From Trueperaceae bacterium (GTDB lineage: Bacteria > Deinococcota > Deinococci > Deinococcales > Trueperaceae), in contig CBDCDZ010000004.1 in the NCBI GenBank assembly GCA_965215565.1, positions 2,528,001 to 2,592,000 on the forward strand: a DNA stretch of 64,000 nt, read 5' to 3'. Below, piece by piece: positions 28,300 to 37,978 of the stretch. Position 1 is the stretch's first letter. Each line of letters opens with the position of its first letter. The notes beneath the pieces are model-generated. The model did no database searches. It saw only the letters and a list, made by a program, of their open reading frames with translations, and was not told where the DNA came from. The translations under genes were made by a program, and so were the position numbers.

Positions 28300-28794
28300 A
28301 TGAGTATCCAAACGAGAGTCAGAAGTGCAGCCGTGCAGGTGCTCATCGAGCTACCTGCGAAGCGGCGCAAGTTCGAGCAGATGGCGCAGAAGCTGGAGAC
28401 TTCGGGGCAGCGTTTAGAGGAGCGTCTCGTAAAGGCTGAAGGTACGCCCGAGCAGAAGCGAACGTTGCGTCACATCATCGGCATCGAACGCTGGGGACAG
28501 CGCCGCTTGTGGCTCGCGGTTCGCTACGGCGGCGAGAGCGGCGTGCGCAGCGCCGAAGCCGCCTTCAGCGACGCGCACCACGCCTACAAGCCCGCTGACA
28601 CCGCCACCTGGGATGAACTCATCACCAAATTCGGAACGACGCGCCAAGAAACCGTCAAGTTGGCACGTTATTTGGCGGAGACCGACATTAACGGAACGAC
28701 GCGCGTTCCGCACAACGACTTAGGTCCGCTGAGCTTGCGCGGTTGGTTGCGCTATCTGCGGACTCACGCGACGTTCGAGGGACGGCGGATTTGA
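28300..28794 (+). CDS. DinB-like protein
   Basis: LRHIIGIERW...PHNDLGPLSLRGWLRYLRTH histidine pattern. Confidence 0.65.
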   Translation: MSIQTRVRSAAVQVLIELPAKRRKFEQMAQKLETSGQRLEERLVKAEGTPEQKRTLRHIIGIERWGQRRLWLAVRYGGESGVRSAEAAFSDAHHAYKPADTATWDELITKFGTTRQETVKLARYLAETDINGTTRVPHNDLGPLSLRGWLRYLRTHATFEGRRI

Positions 28795-28893
28795 AAAAGC
28801 AGCAATGAGGAACGAGCAATGAGCAATGAGTGAAAACCTTTAGGCTTTTACTTTCAGCTCATTGCTTTTAACTGTTTGTTCTCATTGCTGTTT

Positions 28894-29430
28894 TTAAGGA
28901 CAATTATCCGCAATCGGCAGCCACCTAGTCTCAAAGGTCTTCGTGCGCCCCGCCTCGTCCTCCACCTCGAGGTAAAGTTTGCTCTCCCCGATGACGTCGG
29001 GTTCGAAGACGACGATGATGTCTTGCGTTTCTAGGTTCGTTTCCGAGTCCGTCTGCACGGATAAGGGTGCTGCGTAACGAGGAATGGCGTACCTGTCGCG
29101 GATGTAGCCGCGTTCGGACACTTCAACGCTCGAGCTTCTGGGCGTCAACCGCTTCGACTCGGTGACGCCGCCGCGACTCCCCTCTAGGTAGAGCTTCCAG
29201 GAGTCCAAGTCGCCGTCATACGAAAACTCGTACGTCAGGGGCGTTTCTATGTTGTCGCAGATGTAGTTGCGTCCGCTACGGTCGCGGTAGTTGGTAGTGT
29301 AGCGGGCGTCGTAGACCTCGAGCCGTTCCACGTTAGGGCTCGGTGACGGTCCACCATCAACCAACGTGATTTCGCAGCCCGCCAAAAGACCTAGCAGCGC
29401 AAGCAGCAGCCCTATATTGACCCTTCTCAT
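28894..29430 (-). CDS. Hypothetical lipoprotein
   Basis: Lipobox LLAGC; GAGGA RBS. Confidence 0.7.
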   Translation of the reverse strand: MRRVNIGLLLALLGLLAGCEITLVDGGPSPSPNVERLEVYDARYTTNYRDRSGRNYICDNIETPLTYEFSYDGDLDSWKLYLEGSRGGVTESKRLTPRSSSVEVSERGYIRDRYAIPRYAAPLSVQTDSETNLETQDIIVVFEPDVIGESKLYLEVEDEAGRTKTFETRWLPIADNCP

Positions 29431-29522
29431 TCTTATCGTTCCTCTCCACTTAGCCCAGTTCGTCTCCCTATTTTATGAGCCCAACATGAGCGAGAGGTCG
29501 CGCTTTCATGAAGCGGGGTTTA

Positions 29523-29668
29523 TAGCAGGTATCAAAGGCTGTCTCACTTCGCTCGGAGCTGGTCAGAGTGCGCGAAGCCATTCCCGGAGGGAAGCTTCGT
29601 AAGCGAAGCAACACTCTCACTGTAGAAAACACTGCTCAGCACACACTTTAGGGGATGAGGTTCCGTTA
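29523..29668 (+). repeat. Divergent copy of the TAGCAGGTATC repeat family
   Basis: Starts TAGCAGGTATCA; contains CTCACTGTAGAAAACACTG, the reverse complement of a segment in the 37375 copy. Confidence 0.6.
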
Positions 29669-29730
29669 CAGCAAACTGTGAAATCCGCGTGATTCGCTTC
29701 TCAGTGCTTCCGATAACCGCTATAGTTACA

Positions 29731-30948
29731 TTAGCTTCCAACGAGCCTCGTGGCGACTTCAACCTCTTGCGACTCCAAGGTGCGGTGAACGGGGCAGCGC
29801 TCGGCAATCTCTAAAAGTCGCTCGCGCTGCGTTTCGTCGAGGTCGCCGTAGAGTTTGAGTTCGCGGTCGAAGTGGTCATGTCGGGTGGGTTTGCCATTGC
29901 CGTTCTCGCTTTTGACTTTTTTGTGCTTTACTTCGACTTCGACGGCCTCTAAGGGCCACTCCTTGCGGTCTGCGTACATGCGCAGCGTGATGGAGGTGCA
30001 AGAACTCAGCGCGGCGGCGAGGTAGTCGTACGGCGTCGGTCCGGTGTCGGTGCCGCCCATCGACTCGGGCTCATCCGCTAGGAGCATCTCGCCGTGCGTG
30101 AGCACTTCCGTGCGGAAGGTCTCTTCGGTGCGGGCGACGGTGCGCTTCCTGCCGATGTCGTCCGCCCACGTCGGCTGCGCCCTCTTTTCTGGGCGTGTGT
30201 CCAGATACTTCGCCGCCCACGTCGCGATGACCGCGCCCGCGTAGCAGGAGTCTCTGTCCCTCGTCAAGAGGTGGTCCGCGTTGTCCAGCGACACGAAGCT
30301 CTTGGGGTGCTTAGTGGTGATAAAGATATCCGCCGCGTTCTGCACGCCTACCGTGTTGTCGATGGGCGAATGCAGCACGAGCAGCGCCTTACCCAGTTTA
30401 TGAATAACGCGGCGCATGTGCGAGGTGCGCAGATCGTCCAAAAACTGCTTCTTGATGGTAAAGCCACGCCCCGCGAGCGACACCTCCGCGACGCCCTCGC
30501 GCTCGATCTCTTCGCGGCTACTCTCCAAAAGTTTAGTAACGTGCTCGGGCTCGCTCGGTGCGCCTAGCGTCGCTACAGTTTTCGCCGACGGGACGCGGTG
30601 CGCCGCCTGCAAGACCGCCGCGCCGCCCAGCGAATGCCCGACGAGGAGTTGCGGCGCGTCGTAGTGCTCCTCCAAAAACTCCGCCGCCGCTACCAAATCG
30701 TCCACGTTCGACGAGAAGTTCGTGTCGGCGAAGTCGCCCTCGCTCTCGCCCAGACCCGTAAAGTCGAAGCGCAGCACGGCGATGCCCGCCTCGGCTAAGG
30801 CGCGGCTGATGTTCACGGCGGCGTTTAGGTTCTTCGAGCAGGTGAAGCAGTGGGCGAAGAGCGCGTAGGCTTTGGGCTCGCCTTGCGGCAGCTCGAGCCG
30901 CGCCGCTAGCGTGTCCCCGTGCGCCCCCTTAAAGGTCAGTCGTTTCAT
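29731..30948 (-). CDS. Bifunctional alpha/beta hydrolase-OsmC family protein
   Basis: AHCFTC, GHSLGG, ADEP...GPTPYDYL...C, ERCPVHRTL. Confidence 0.9.
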   Translation of the reverse strand: MKRLTFKGAHGDTLAARLELPQGEPKAYALFAHCFTCSKNLNAAVNISRALAEAGIAVLRFDFTGLGESEGDFADTNFSSNVDDLVAAAEFLEEHYDAPQLLVGHSLGGAAVLQAAHRVPSAKTVATLGAPSEPEHVTKLLESSREEIEREGVAEVSLAGRGFTIKKQFLDDLRTSHMRRVIHKLGKALLVLHSPIDNTVGVQNAADIFITTKHPKSFVSLDNADHLLTRDRDSCYAGAVIATWAAKYLDTRPEKRAQPTWADDIGRKRTVARTEETFRTEVLTHGEMLLADEPESMGGTDTGPTPYDYLAAALSSCTSITLRMYADRKEWPLEAVEVEVKHKKVKSENGNGKPTRHDHFDRELKLYGDLDETQRERLLEIAERCPVHRTLESQEVEVATRLVGS

Positions 30949-31079
30949 GTCGGTCTCCTTATGTAAGAGGATGATACAGACTTTGGCTTTGGTCTGTCTC
31001 TATCTTGACACGGGAAGTGGTAGGAAGCTTCTAAATAAGAAGGTTGGAAACCCTGAACACCCAATCACCTGTTGCAAAA

Positions 31080-31721
31080 CTAAATTGATTCTTTCTTCTT
31101 TACGCGCTTTCGTACAAAGGTGTACCAATCCTCAAGATAATTAAACAGCCTTTCAAAACGGTACATCTGTTTCAATGTTTGTTGAAACCAACTTGTAGAT
31201 TTACTCCGACGAATTTTGCGCTGCTTTCGCGCTTCCCCTAATATCTGCGCCCGGTATGTGCCTAAAAGGTAGATGGTTTCACGATTTACATCTTTCTTTG
31301 CTCGACGCAGATCACTTTCTACCCAAAACTTGTCTACTCTTTCTCCTTCAGAAATTTTATTTTTTGCGTTGATAGTGTCTCTGACTGCCAAGTGCAACTG
31401 TGCGATAGCCTGTTCTAAATCTCGAGAAACCGCGAGATTAGGTGAAACCATTATAACGCGCAGTTCAACTTCTAAGATGAATTCATCGAGTCTAGCTCGG
31501 TTCATGTTATTTTCAAGACTTCTCCTAAGGTCAGCAAGAAGCTCCTCCAACTCTTCAAGTTTTTCAATATCATGCTTTCTTAGCGCCTCTTGTATTGCTA
31601 GCTTCTCTTCGTGCCTTCGTCGGCGTGACTCGGTAATATTGCTAAGAAGCCAACTGAGAAATGCACTGAGCACCGCTATGACAGCACCAAACAGATAAAA
31701 TTCCTCACGGCTCATATACAT
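31080..31721 (-). CDS. AT-rich hypothetical membrane-anchored protein
   Basis: N-terminal TM (LFGAVIAVLSAFLSWLL) followed by a helical region; visibly lower GC than neighbours. Confidence 0.6.
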   Translation of the reverse strand: MYMSREEFYLFGAVIAVLSAFLSWLLSNITESRRRRHEEKLAIQEALRKHDIEKLEELEELLADLRRSLENNMNRARLDEFILEVELRVIMVSPNLAVSRDLEQAIAQLHLAVRDTINAKNKISEGERVDKFWVESDLRRAKKDVNRETIYLLGTYRAQILGEARKQRKIRRSKSTSWFQQTLKQMYRFERLFNYLEDWYTFVRKRVKKKESI

Positions 31722-31725
31722 AAAG

Positions 31726-32940
31726 TTAAGAGTTGTCCTCTTCCGAAGGCGGCAGCTCAGGTGACACTTTTGGGGAGGTGCGCCTAAAGCTAGGTAGTCG
31801 CAAGCGCCACCTCTTCTCATCAGGTGCCTCCAGTTCACCCGCCACCGCTCCGTTCTCTAGCTCCACCTCTTCACCCCGGTTCGTCAACCGCTTAGCGAAC
31901 GCCCGCCCGCGCTCCAACGCCGCGTCATAAAACCCGCGCAAGTCCTCCTGGTCGGGCACCTTGCCCCGCGTCGCCCAGAGCTGCACGCTCTGACCGATGG
32001 CCCACGTGCCCGCGTACGACACCGCAACTTTCGGCACAATGCCCCAGACCGGCACGAGTCCGATGAGCTGCCGCGCCACCTGCCGAAAGAGAAAGCCGCC
32101 CCCCAGCACGCCGATAAGTTCGCCCATGACCTCTTGCGGCTGCCCTTTTTTACCCGCAACAAGCGCGATTTTATACGCCATGATGAGCTGATTTTTAGTC
32201 AGCACCACCATGTCGGCGGCGCTGATGGGGATGTTTAAGATAGGGACGACTTGCGCGAGGCCCGTCGAGGTGGCGTAGACGGCGTTCGCGCGGGAGGTCT
32301 CGTCGATGAGCGCGCGCATCACCGCGTCTCGGAAGCGGGGCAAGTGGCGGGCAAAGGAGAGGTGATACCTAGAGGGTAGAGCGCTCAGAACCGCCGGGAC
32401 GAGCACCGCTTCGACGTCACCTCGCCACGTGGGGACGCTCGGCCTACCTAAACGGACCCGCGCTGCCTCACGCTTATGGGGAACCTCTTCGGCCGCGCTT
32501 TCTGCGCCTATGAAAACGACGACAGCGGGCACACCGCGCCGCGCTAGATTCTCGAGGGCTTGCGTCGCCGCCTTGTCGAGCGTCGGCGCTGTATAAGTTT
32601 GTGGGGATTGAGTAGATAATTCTGTAGACCTTGCAGAAAGTTCGGTGGACTTAGCGGGCGCGGCGACGAGGAGAAGCGCCAAGTCAGTGTCTAAGTTATC
32701 CGTGTCGTCCGCGCCGAAAGGCGCTTGAGTGAGCCAGGGGTGGACGTAGCCCGCCCGCTCCTCACCTTTCGCGACGCAGAGCGTCTCGGCGACGAGTTGA
32801 GTGAGGGCATAGTCGCCTAAAATCAGCAGGGAGAAGCGCTGCTCAGCCTCGAGCTGCACCGCTCTTAAGTCCACCTCACGGAGGATGTTGAAGAGCCCGC
32901 CCGTGGTGCTGATGTTCCTGAGACTGTCTAACGCCTTCAT
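31726..32940 (-). CDS. YcjF/DUF697-like protein
   Basis: VVPILNIPISAADMVVLTKNQLIMAYKIA and IPVWG-like C-terminal helices. Confidence 0.65.
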   Translation of the reverse strand: MKALDSLRNISTTGGLFNILREVDLRAVQLEAEQRFSLLILGDYALTQLVAETLCVAKGEERAGYVHPWLTQAPFGADDTDNLDTDLALLLVAAPAKSTELSARSTELSTQSPQTYTAPTLDKAATQALENLARRGVPAVVVFIGAESAAEEVPHKREAARVRLGRPSVPTWRGDVEAVLVPAVLSALPSRYHLSFARHLPRFRDAVMRALIDETSRANAVYATSTGLAQVVPILNIPISAADMVVLTKNQLIMAYKIALVAGKKGQPQEVMGELIGVLGGGFLFRQVARQLIGLVPVWGIVPKVAVSYAGTWAIGQSVQLWATRGKVPDQEDLRGFYDAALERGRAFAKRLTNRGEEVELENGAVAGELEAPDEKRWRLRLPSFRRTSPKVSPELPPSEEDNS

Positions 32941-33480
32941 CTAAAACTCGAAGTCGTCGTTTCTGGAGCGGATAAAGTCTTCGAAGGCGTCGCTGCTGCG
33001 CTTCTTGGTCGTTGCGGTGCTAGGCGCAGGTGTACGCTTTGCGTCCTCGTTTCTCGCCTCAGTATCTCTCTCGGTGTCCCTTGTTCCCGCATCCCTCGTT
33101 TCAGGGTTCCTCGCCCGCGTGTCTCTCGTTCTAGTTCTTGCGCCGGTATTCCACGCCCGCCTGCTCGTCTCAACCTTTTCCCTTCCGGTCTCGCTCGCCC
33201 TATTCGCTTTTGCGTTTGCGCCGCGCACCTCGTCGTTGCTGGAGCCCGCGTAAACTCGAGCCGAGCGTTTCGCACTCCGCTCCTCCGCGCGCGTAGGTCT
33301 CTCCCGCTGAAGGTTCCAAAATTCAGCCTCGTCCTGCTCGGCGTTTTGCACGTCCTCTCGTACGTTTTCCTGTGTGTCGGGCTTGCGCCCCGGCGAGAGG
33401 ATGAACCACAGCGTCAGCACGACGCCGAGAAATAAGATATAGACGAGGAGCATGAGGGTAACGAGTGGACCGAAAGGCAT
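32941..33480 (-). CDS. Hypothetical single-TM protein with a charged repetitive tail
   Basis: N-terminal TM, TRD-rich repeats, DAFEDF C-terminus; abuts the next gene. Confidence 0.65.
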   Translation of the reverse strand: MPFGPLVTLMLLVYILFLGVVLTLWFILSPGRKPDTQENVREDVQNAEQDEAEFWNLQRERPTRAEERSAKRSARVYAGSSNDEVRGANAKANRASETGREKVETSRRAWNTGARTRTRDTRARNPETRDAGTRDTERDTEARNEDAKRTPAPSTATTKKRSSDAFEDFIRSRNDDFEF

Positions 33481-33715
33481 ATGCAACGATTATAGTACGC
33501 CTCTACCACTTCATGTGTTAAGACTCTGGACGGGCTCGAGTTCTAACCTTATCTCTCGCATTGACTCATCAACTGTCAGAAGTTTCAACATCGAGCCATT
33601 AGTCCCTGGCTTTTAGCCGTTAGCCAAAGCTTTTAAGCCAAGACCTAACCGCTAAGAGCTTTGGATAAAGAAATGCGTTCGTTCACAGTGGGTCTATGTG
33701 TTTCTGCAAATTAAC

Positions 33716-33876
33716 AGCAGTTCCACGCTTCGCTGCACCAAGTGAGGGCGTTGCTTCGCAGAACTTCGTACACTATTTCTTCAAGGCTTGCGCGTCACTT
33801 CGCTCCCACTGGCGACTTCGTGAACGCATCCGACAAGCACGTTTCATTGCTACAGCAATGAAACGTGGAGATGCTA
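33716..33876. repeat. MITE-like element with an internal 14-bp perfect hairpin
   Basis: Ends AGCAGTTCCACG/CGTGGAGATGCT (10 of 12 inverted); CACGTTTCATTGCT-AC-AGCAATGAAACGTG at 33838-33867. Confidence 0.6.
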
Positions 33877-33945
33877 TAAGTACACTTAACCGAATCCGCG
33901 ATAGCCCGTCAGTGTTTGAAGCAGTTAGAAAGCAAGACGCGCGAG

Positions 33946-34929
33946 CTACCCACTTAGAATATCAGCTAGCCTCGCCGGGTCCACGTTGCCGCCGCTCACG
34001 AGCAGAACGGTCGGTCCCTCCTTCAGACTGAGACCGTCTACCGGACCCTCCAAAAGCCGCCGATACGCTGCCAAGGTAATCGCGCCGGTCGGCTCGACAA
34101 CGAGTTTGACGTCGGTGAGGTAGTCCCTCGTCGCCTCTAAAATCGCCTCTTCGGACACCGTAACGATACCCGCCACTTTCTCCCGAATAATTGCAAAGGT
34201 GTGCTCGCCTAAGCTCTGCGTTCTCACACCGTCCGCCACCGTCCGCGAAGTGAGCGCCATATCCCACGTTTGTAGCGCGCCTGAGTCGAACGACGCCTTG
34301 CCGTCAGCGGCGAGTTCGGGCTCGACACCGATGATTTGCGCGTCGGGGCAGCGTTCGCGGAGAGCGGTTACGATACCTGACAACAAACCGCCGCCACCTA
34401 AACAGACCAAGACGTTGGCAACTCGGGGCAAGTCCTCGGCGATTTCTAAGCCCACTGTGCCTTGCCCTTCGATGATCCAGGGATGGTCGAAGGGGGGCAC
34501 GAGCGTCTTGCCCGTCTTTTGGGCGAGTTCACGCGCCACGCGCTCACGCTCGCCGCTCCGACTTTCACAGCGCACCACCTCCGCGCCCCACGCTTCAGTG
34601 CGCTGCACCTTGGTGCCCGGTGCGTTATCGGGGATGACGATGGTCGCGCTCACGCCGAAGAGGTGCGCGGCGCAGGCGACGCCCTGGGCGTGGTTGCCGC
34701 TCGAGAACGCCACCACCCCCCTCTCTCGCACTTCACCCAACGACGCGAGAAAGTTGTACGCCCCGCGCAGCTTGAACGAGCCCGTGAGCTGCAAGCTCTC
34801 CGCTTTGGCGTAGACGTTTTCATAGAAGGGTAAACGGATGAGCGGCGTGCGCACAGCGGTTCCTTCTAAACGCTCCGCTGCCTTTTGGATACCTGCAAAG
34901 CTTGCGTGCTCGGATAATACAGAAGTCAT
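33946..34929 (-). CDS. PLP-dependent threonine/serine dehydratase (racemase-like)
   Basis: KAESLQLTGSFKLRGA, SSGNH, GGGGL, VSGGNVD. Confidence 0.9.
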   Translation of the reverse strand: MTSVLSEHASFAGIQKAAERLEGTAVRTPLIRLPFYENVYAKAESLQLTGSFKLRGAYNFLASLGEVRERGVVAFSSGNHAQGVACAAHLFGVSATIVIPDNAPGTKVQRTEAWGAEVVRCESRSGERERVARELAQKTGKTLVPPFDHPWIIEGQGTVGLEIAEDLPRVANVLVCLGGGGLLSGIVTALRERCPDAQIIGVEPELAADGKASFDSGALQTWDMALTSRTVADGVRTQSLGEHTFAIIREKVAGIVTVSEEAILEATRDYLTDVKLVVEPTGAITLAAYRRLLEGPVDGLSLKEGPTVLLVSGGNVDPARLADILSG

Positions 34930-35184
34930 AAGTTCATTAAACGCCCTTTGGACGCCCTAAAACAAGGTTTGACCGAATTTGAAGTAGGAAGATATGGGTG
35001 TGAGGGCTCGAGCCTAAGCGACTCGGCTGCAACTTGAAACCCAAATGAAACTAAGTCAAGTCTGTTCAGAACGGTGAAAACCGCTTCGGGTTCTTAGAGA
35101 GGTGATTTCTCTGTCTCTAAAGAGGTCGTTGGGCAAATCTGAAAAGTGTTATGCAGCCTTCTGTCCAGGTTCGGGTGCAACCTC

Positions 35185-35213
35185 TTGACGAATAGCGCAT
35201 ACGGGTGTATACT
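35185..35213 (+). promoter_or_regulatory. Near-consensus sigma70 promoter
   Basis: TTGACG-17 nt-TATACT; no plus-strand protein gene follows. Confidence 0.7.
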
Positions 35214-35219
35214 TAAACT

Positions 35220-35274
35220 ATATACGCGCTGAGGACGTTGCAAAGAACTGCAAAAGGTCCCTGGCGATTTTTTT
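35220..35274 (+). ncRNA. Candidate small RNA of about 55 nt
   Basis: Starts just after the promoter; CGCTGAGGAC...GTCCCTGGCG hairpin followed by T7. Confidence 0.45.
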
Positions 35275-35300
35275 GTCCCCTATAGTTTGAGGCTCGAGTC

Positions 35301-35475
35301 CAAGCCGCCACTCACAAGAGGTGTATGGTAGAGTCACGGCGCTCCTCAAAGACCGACGGGTGAAGTTGTTACGCCGCAGGAACCCCGGAGGTTTGGCTCT
35401 TCAACCTCGCAGAGAAGCGTTCCGCGCTCCGACGCTCTCCTAAACAGACCCCAAAATGGCTGAGCGAAGCGGTTG
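35301..35475 (+). ncRNA. Candidate rod-like structured RNA (6S-like)
   Basis: Nested end-to-end pairings (AGCCGC/GCGGTT, CTCA/TGAG, AGAG/CTCT, GCGC/GCGC, TGAAG/CTTCA) around an unpaired central region. Strand uncertain. Confidence 0.35.
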
Positions 35476-35505
35476 TAGTTAAAAGCTCGAGGCGAACTTG
35501 TCACC

Positions 35506-37212
35506 TCACGCAAGGTGGTAGACTCGAGCTTCGAACGCCCGCAACTTCACTTCGCGAATATCCTCACTCGGCTCGACCTCATAGTTGCTGATTAGACACG
35601 TCTTCTCCGCAAACTGTACGTCGCTCGGTAGCTTAAACGTGGGCGTGTTCTCCGAGACGTTCAAGATAACGAGCAAGCGCGTTCCTTCTAACGTCCTGGT
35701 AAACGCATAAATCTCCTCGTGCTCCGCTAGCAGCAGATCGTACGCGCCGTAGATGATGACGGGATGCGCTCTGCGCAGTTCGATGAGCGTTTTATAGAAG
35801 GCGAGAATGCTTTCGGGGTCACCGAGAGAATTCTCTACGTTGATATCTTTAGCGTTCGGGTTGACCTCTATCCAAGGCGTGCCCTCGGTGAAGCCCGCGT
35901 GACGCGAGGCGTTCCACTGCACCGGCGTACGGGCGTTGTCGCGGCTCTTTGCCTGGATGAGCGCCAGCACCTCTTGAGGGTCCGTCCCCTTTTCAACGAG
36001 TTCTTGGTACATGTTGAGCGTCGCCACGTCTCGGTAGTCGGAGATGGAGTCGAAGGCGGCGTTCGTCATGCCGATCTCCTCGCCTTGATAGATGTAGGGC
36101 GTCCCCTTGAGCATATGCGTGAGCGCGGCGAGAAGTTTGGCGGATTGGACGCGGTACGCGCCGTCATCGCCGAAGCGGGAGACCGCGCGGGGCAGGTCGT
36201 GGTTGTTGAAGAACTGGGCGTTCCAGCCCCCGTCTAGCTCGAGCTGCCAGCGTGTCAGCACCTCTTTTAACTCCACGAGGCTCCAAGGTACTTGGCTCCA
36301 GTCGGGCGTGTCGCTGCTGCTGTCTTTATCGAGTTCTAAGTGCTCGAACTGGAAGAGCATGTTGAGCGAGCCAGTCTCCTCATGGGTCAGCTCAATGGCG
36401 TGCTCTACCGTGATGAGCCCCGTTTCGCCGACGGTGAGTACGTCGTAGTGGCTGAGCACCTCCTCTTTCATCTCCCGCAGAAACTCGTAGAGCCGGGGTC
36501 CGTTAAAAACGAGCGAGCCGGGAAACTGGTAGCGACTCTCGCTCGTGGCGGGCGCATCAGGCAGCCCCGGCGCTTTAGAAATGAGGTTGATAGCGTCTAG
36601 GCGAAACCCGTCGATGCCCCTGTCCAGCCACCACCGCATCATCTCATAGATGGCGCTACGGACCGCCGGATTCTCCCAGTTGAGGTCAGGCTGCTTCGCA
36701 GAAAAGAGGTGGAGGTAGTACTCGCCCGTGGTTTTGTCATACTGCCACGCCGAGCCGCCGAAGAGTGAGCGCCAGTTGTTGGGTTGCCCCTCTCGACCGG
36801 AACGCCAGATGTAAAAGTTGCGGTAGGGGTTGTCTTTAGATTTGCGCGACTCTACGAACCAGGGGTGCTCGTCGCTGGTGTGGCTGACGACTAAATCCAT
36901 GATGAGCTTCATGCCGCGCCCGTGCAACTCGCTGAGGAGTTCGTCCAGGTCGTCCAGCGTGCCGAACTCCTCAGCGATAGCTCTGTAGTCGCTGATGTCG
37001 TAACCGTTATCGTCGTTGGGCGACTCGTACACCGGGCACAGCCAGACCACGTCGACGCCCAAATCTTGGACGTAGTCGAGCTTCTGAATGACGCCGCGCA
37101 AATCGCCGACGCCGTCACCCTTTGAGTCATAGAAGCTGCGCGGGTAAATCTGGTAGACGACGCTCTCCTTCCACCAAGTCGGGGTGGGCGTCCGGGTTGT
37201 GTCCTTATCCAT
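35506..37212 (-). CDS. GH13 oligo-1,6-glucosidase / alpha-glucosidase
   Basis: YQIYPRSF, DNGYDISDY, QPDLNW, GFRLDAI, VGE, NHD, SRDNARTP. Confidence 0.93.
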   Translation of the reverse strand: MDKDTTRTPTPTWWKESVVYQIYPRSFYDSKGDGVGDLRGVIQKLDYVQDLGVDVVWLCPVYESPNDDNGYDISDYRAIAEEFGTLDDLDELLSELHGRGMKLIMDLVVSHTSDEHPWFVESRKSKDNPYRNFYIWRSGREGQPNNWRSLFGGSAWQYDKTTGEYYLHLFSAKQPDLNWENPAVRSAIYEMMRWWLDRGIDGFRLDAINLISKAPGLPDAPATSESRYQFPGSLVFNGPRLYEFLREMKEEVLSHYDVLTVGETGLITVEHAIELTHEETGSLNMLFQFEHLELDKDSSSDTPDWSQVPWSLVELKEVLTRWQLELDGGWNAQFFNNHDLPRAVSRFGDDGAYRVQSAKLLAALTHMLKGTPYIYQGEEIGMTNAAFDSISDYRDVATLNMYQELVEKGTDPQEVLALIQAKSRDNARTPVQWNASRHAGFTEGTPWIEVNPNAKDINVENSLGDPESILAFYKTLIELRRAHPVIIYGAYDLLLAEHEEIYAFTRTLEGTRLLVILNVSENTPTFKLPSDVQFAEKTCLISNYEVEPSEDIREVKLRAFEARVYHLA

Positions 37213-37374
37213 GAACGTTCCTTTGGAATTCGAAGTAGGTTAAGCCGAGTGAGAAACCACAAAAAATGAGCCCACGAGCGAGATGCCCACGTGTCTAGGT
37301 GCCTACGAAACGCGGCGGCGTCAGCGAAGCGCAACCTCGTGTGGTCCAATCAGTGACGATAACCCATGAGCCAC

Positions 37375-37528
37375 TAGCACTTCCAAAACATATTGAGATA
37401 GGGTGCCGCAGGTCTCAGCGAAGCTAGCGGGATTTCACCTCACAACGTGCGTGCTAATTACGAAGTTTTCACGCAGTGAAACAGTGTTTTCTACAGTGAG
37501 GGTGTTTCAGACCAGATAATACCTGCTA
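37375..37528 (-). repeat. 154-bp MITE/REP-like repeat, long form
   Basis: Differs from 43412-43565 at only 6 positions; TAGCA...TGCTA ends. Confidence 0.9.
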
Positions 37529-37609
37529 CATGTAACAAGGGCTTACTGAGTATCGCTCACTGTTCCTCGCACCGCCTTCTTCGCCCGGTAAAACAGCGAC
37601 AATAGCGCT

Positions 37610-37978
37610 ATGTCTTTCAACCTCTTCTTTATCCTCCACGGAATCGTCACGCTCCTAACCGCCGTTACCTTTTTATTTGCGCCGGGCGTCATGCTCGTCC
37701 TCTTCGGCACGCCCGCGAACCCCGCCATCAACCTCGTCACGCAGCTTTTGGGCGCGGCGTTTTTGGGCATCGGCGGCGTCGCGTTAGCGGCGGGGCGCAT
37801 CGGCAGCGCTGAGTTTAAGCGCACCGCCGCACTGGTTCTACTCGTCGCCAGCGTGATGGGCTTTATCGTCAGCATCATCGGGCAGTTTCGCGGCGTGACG
37901 GGTCCGGTGGGCTGGGGCGCGGTGCTGATTTACGGAACGCTCACGGTGGGGTACAGCATATTTCTAATGAGAGACTAA
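37610..37978 (+). CDS. Small 4-TM membrane protein
   Basis: Four hydrophobic helices in 122 aa. Confidence 0.7.
   Translation: MSFNLFFILHGIVTLLTAVTFLFAPGVMLVLFGTPANPAINLVTQLLGAAFLGIGGVALAAGRIGSAEFKRTAALVLLVASVMGFIVSIIGQFRGVTGPVGWGAVLIYGTLTVGYSIFLMRD

Noticed and set aside
35301..35475. T-box, lysine or cobalamin riboswitch, SRP RNA or tmRNA
   Set aside because: Diagnostic motifs were not found and there is no downstream plus-strand gene to regulate.
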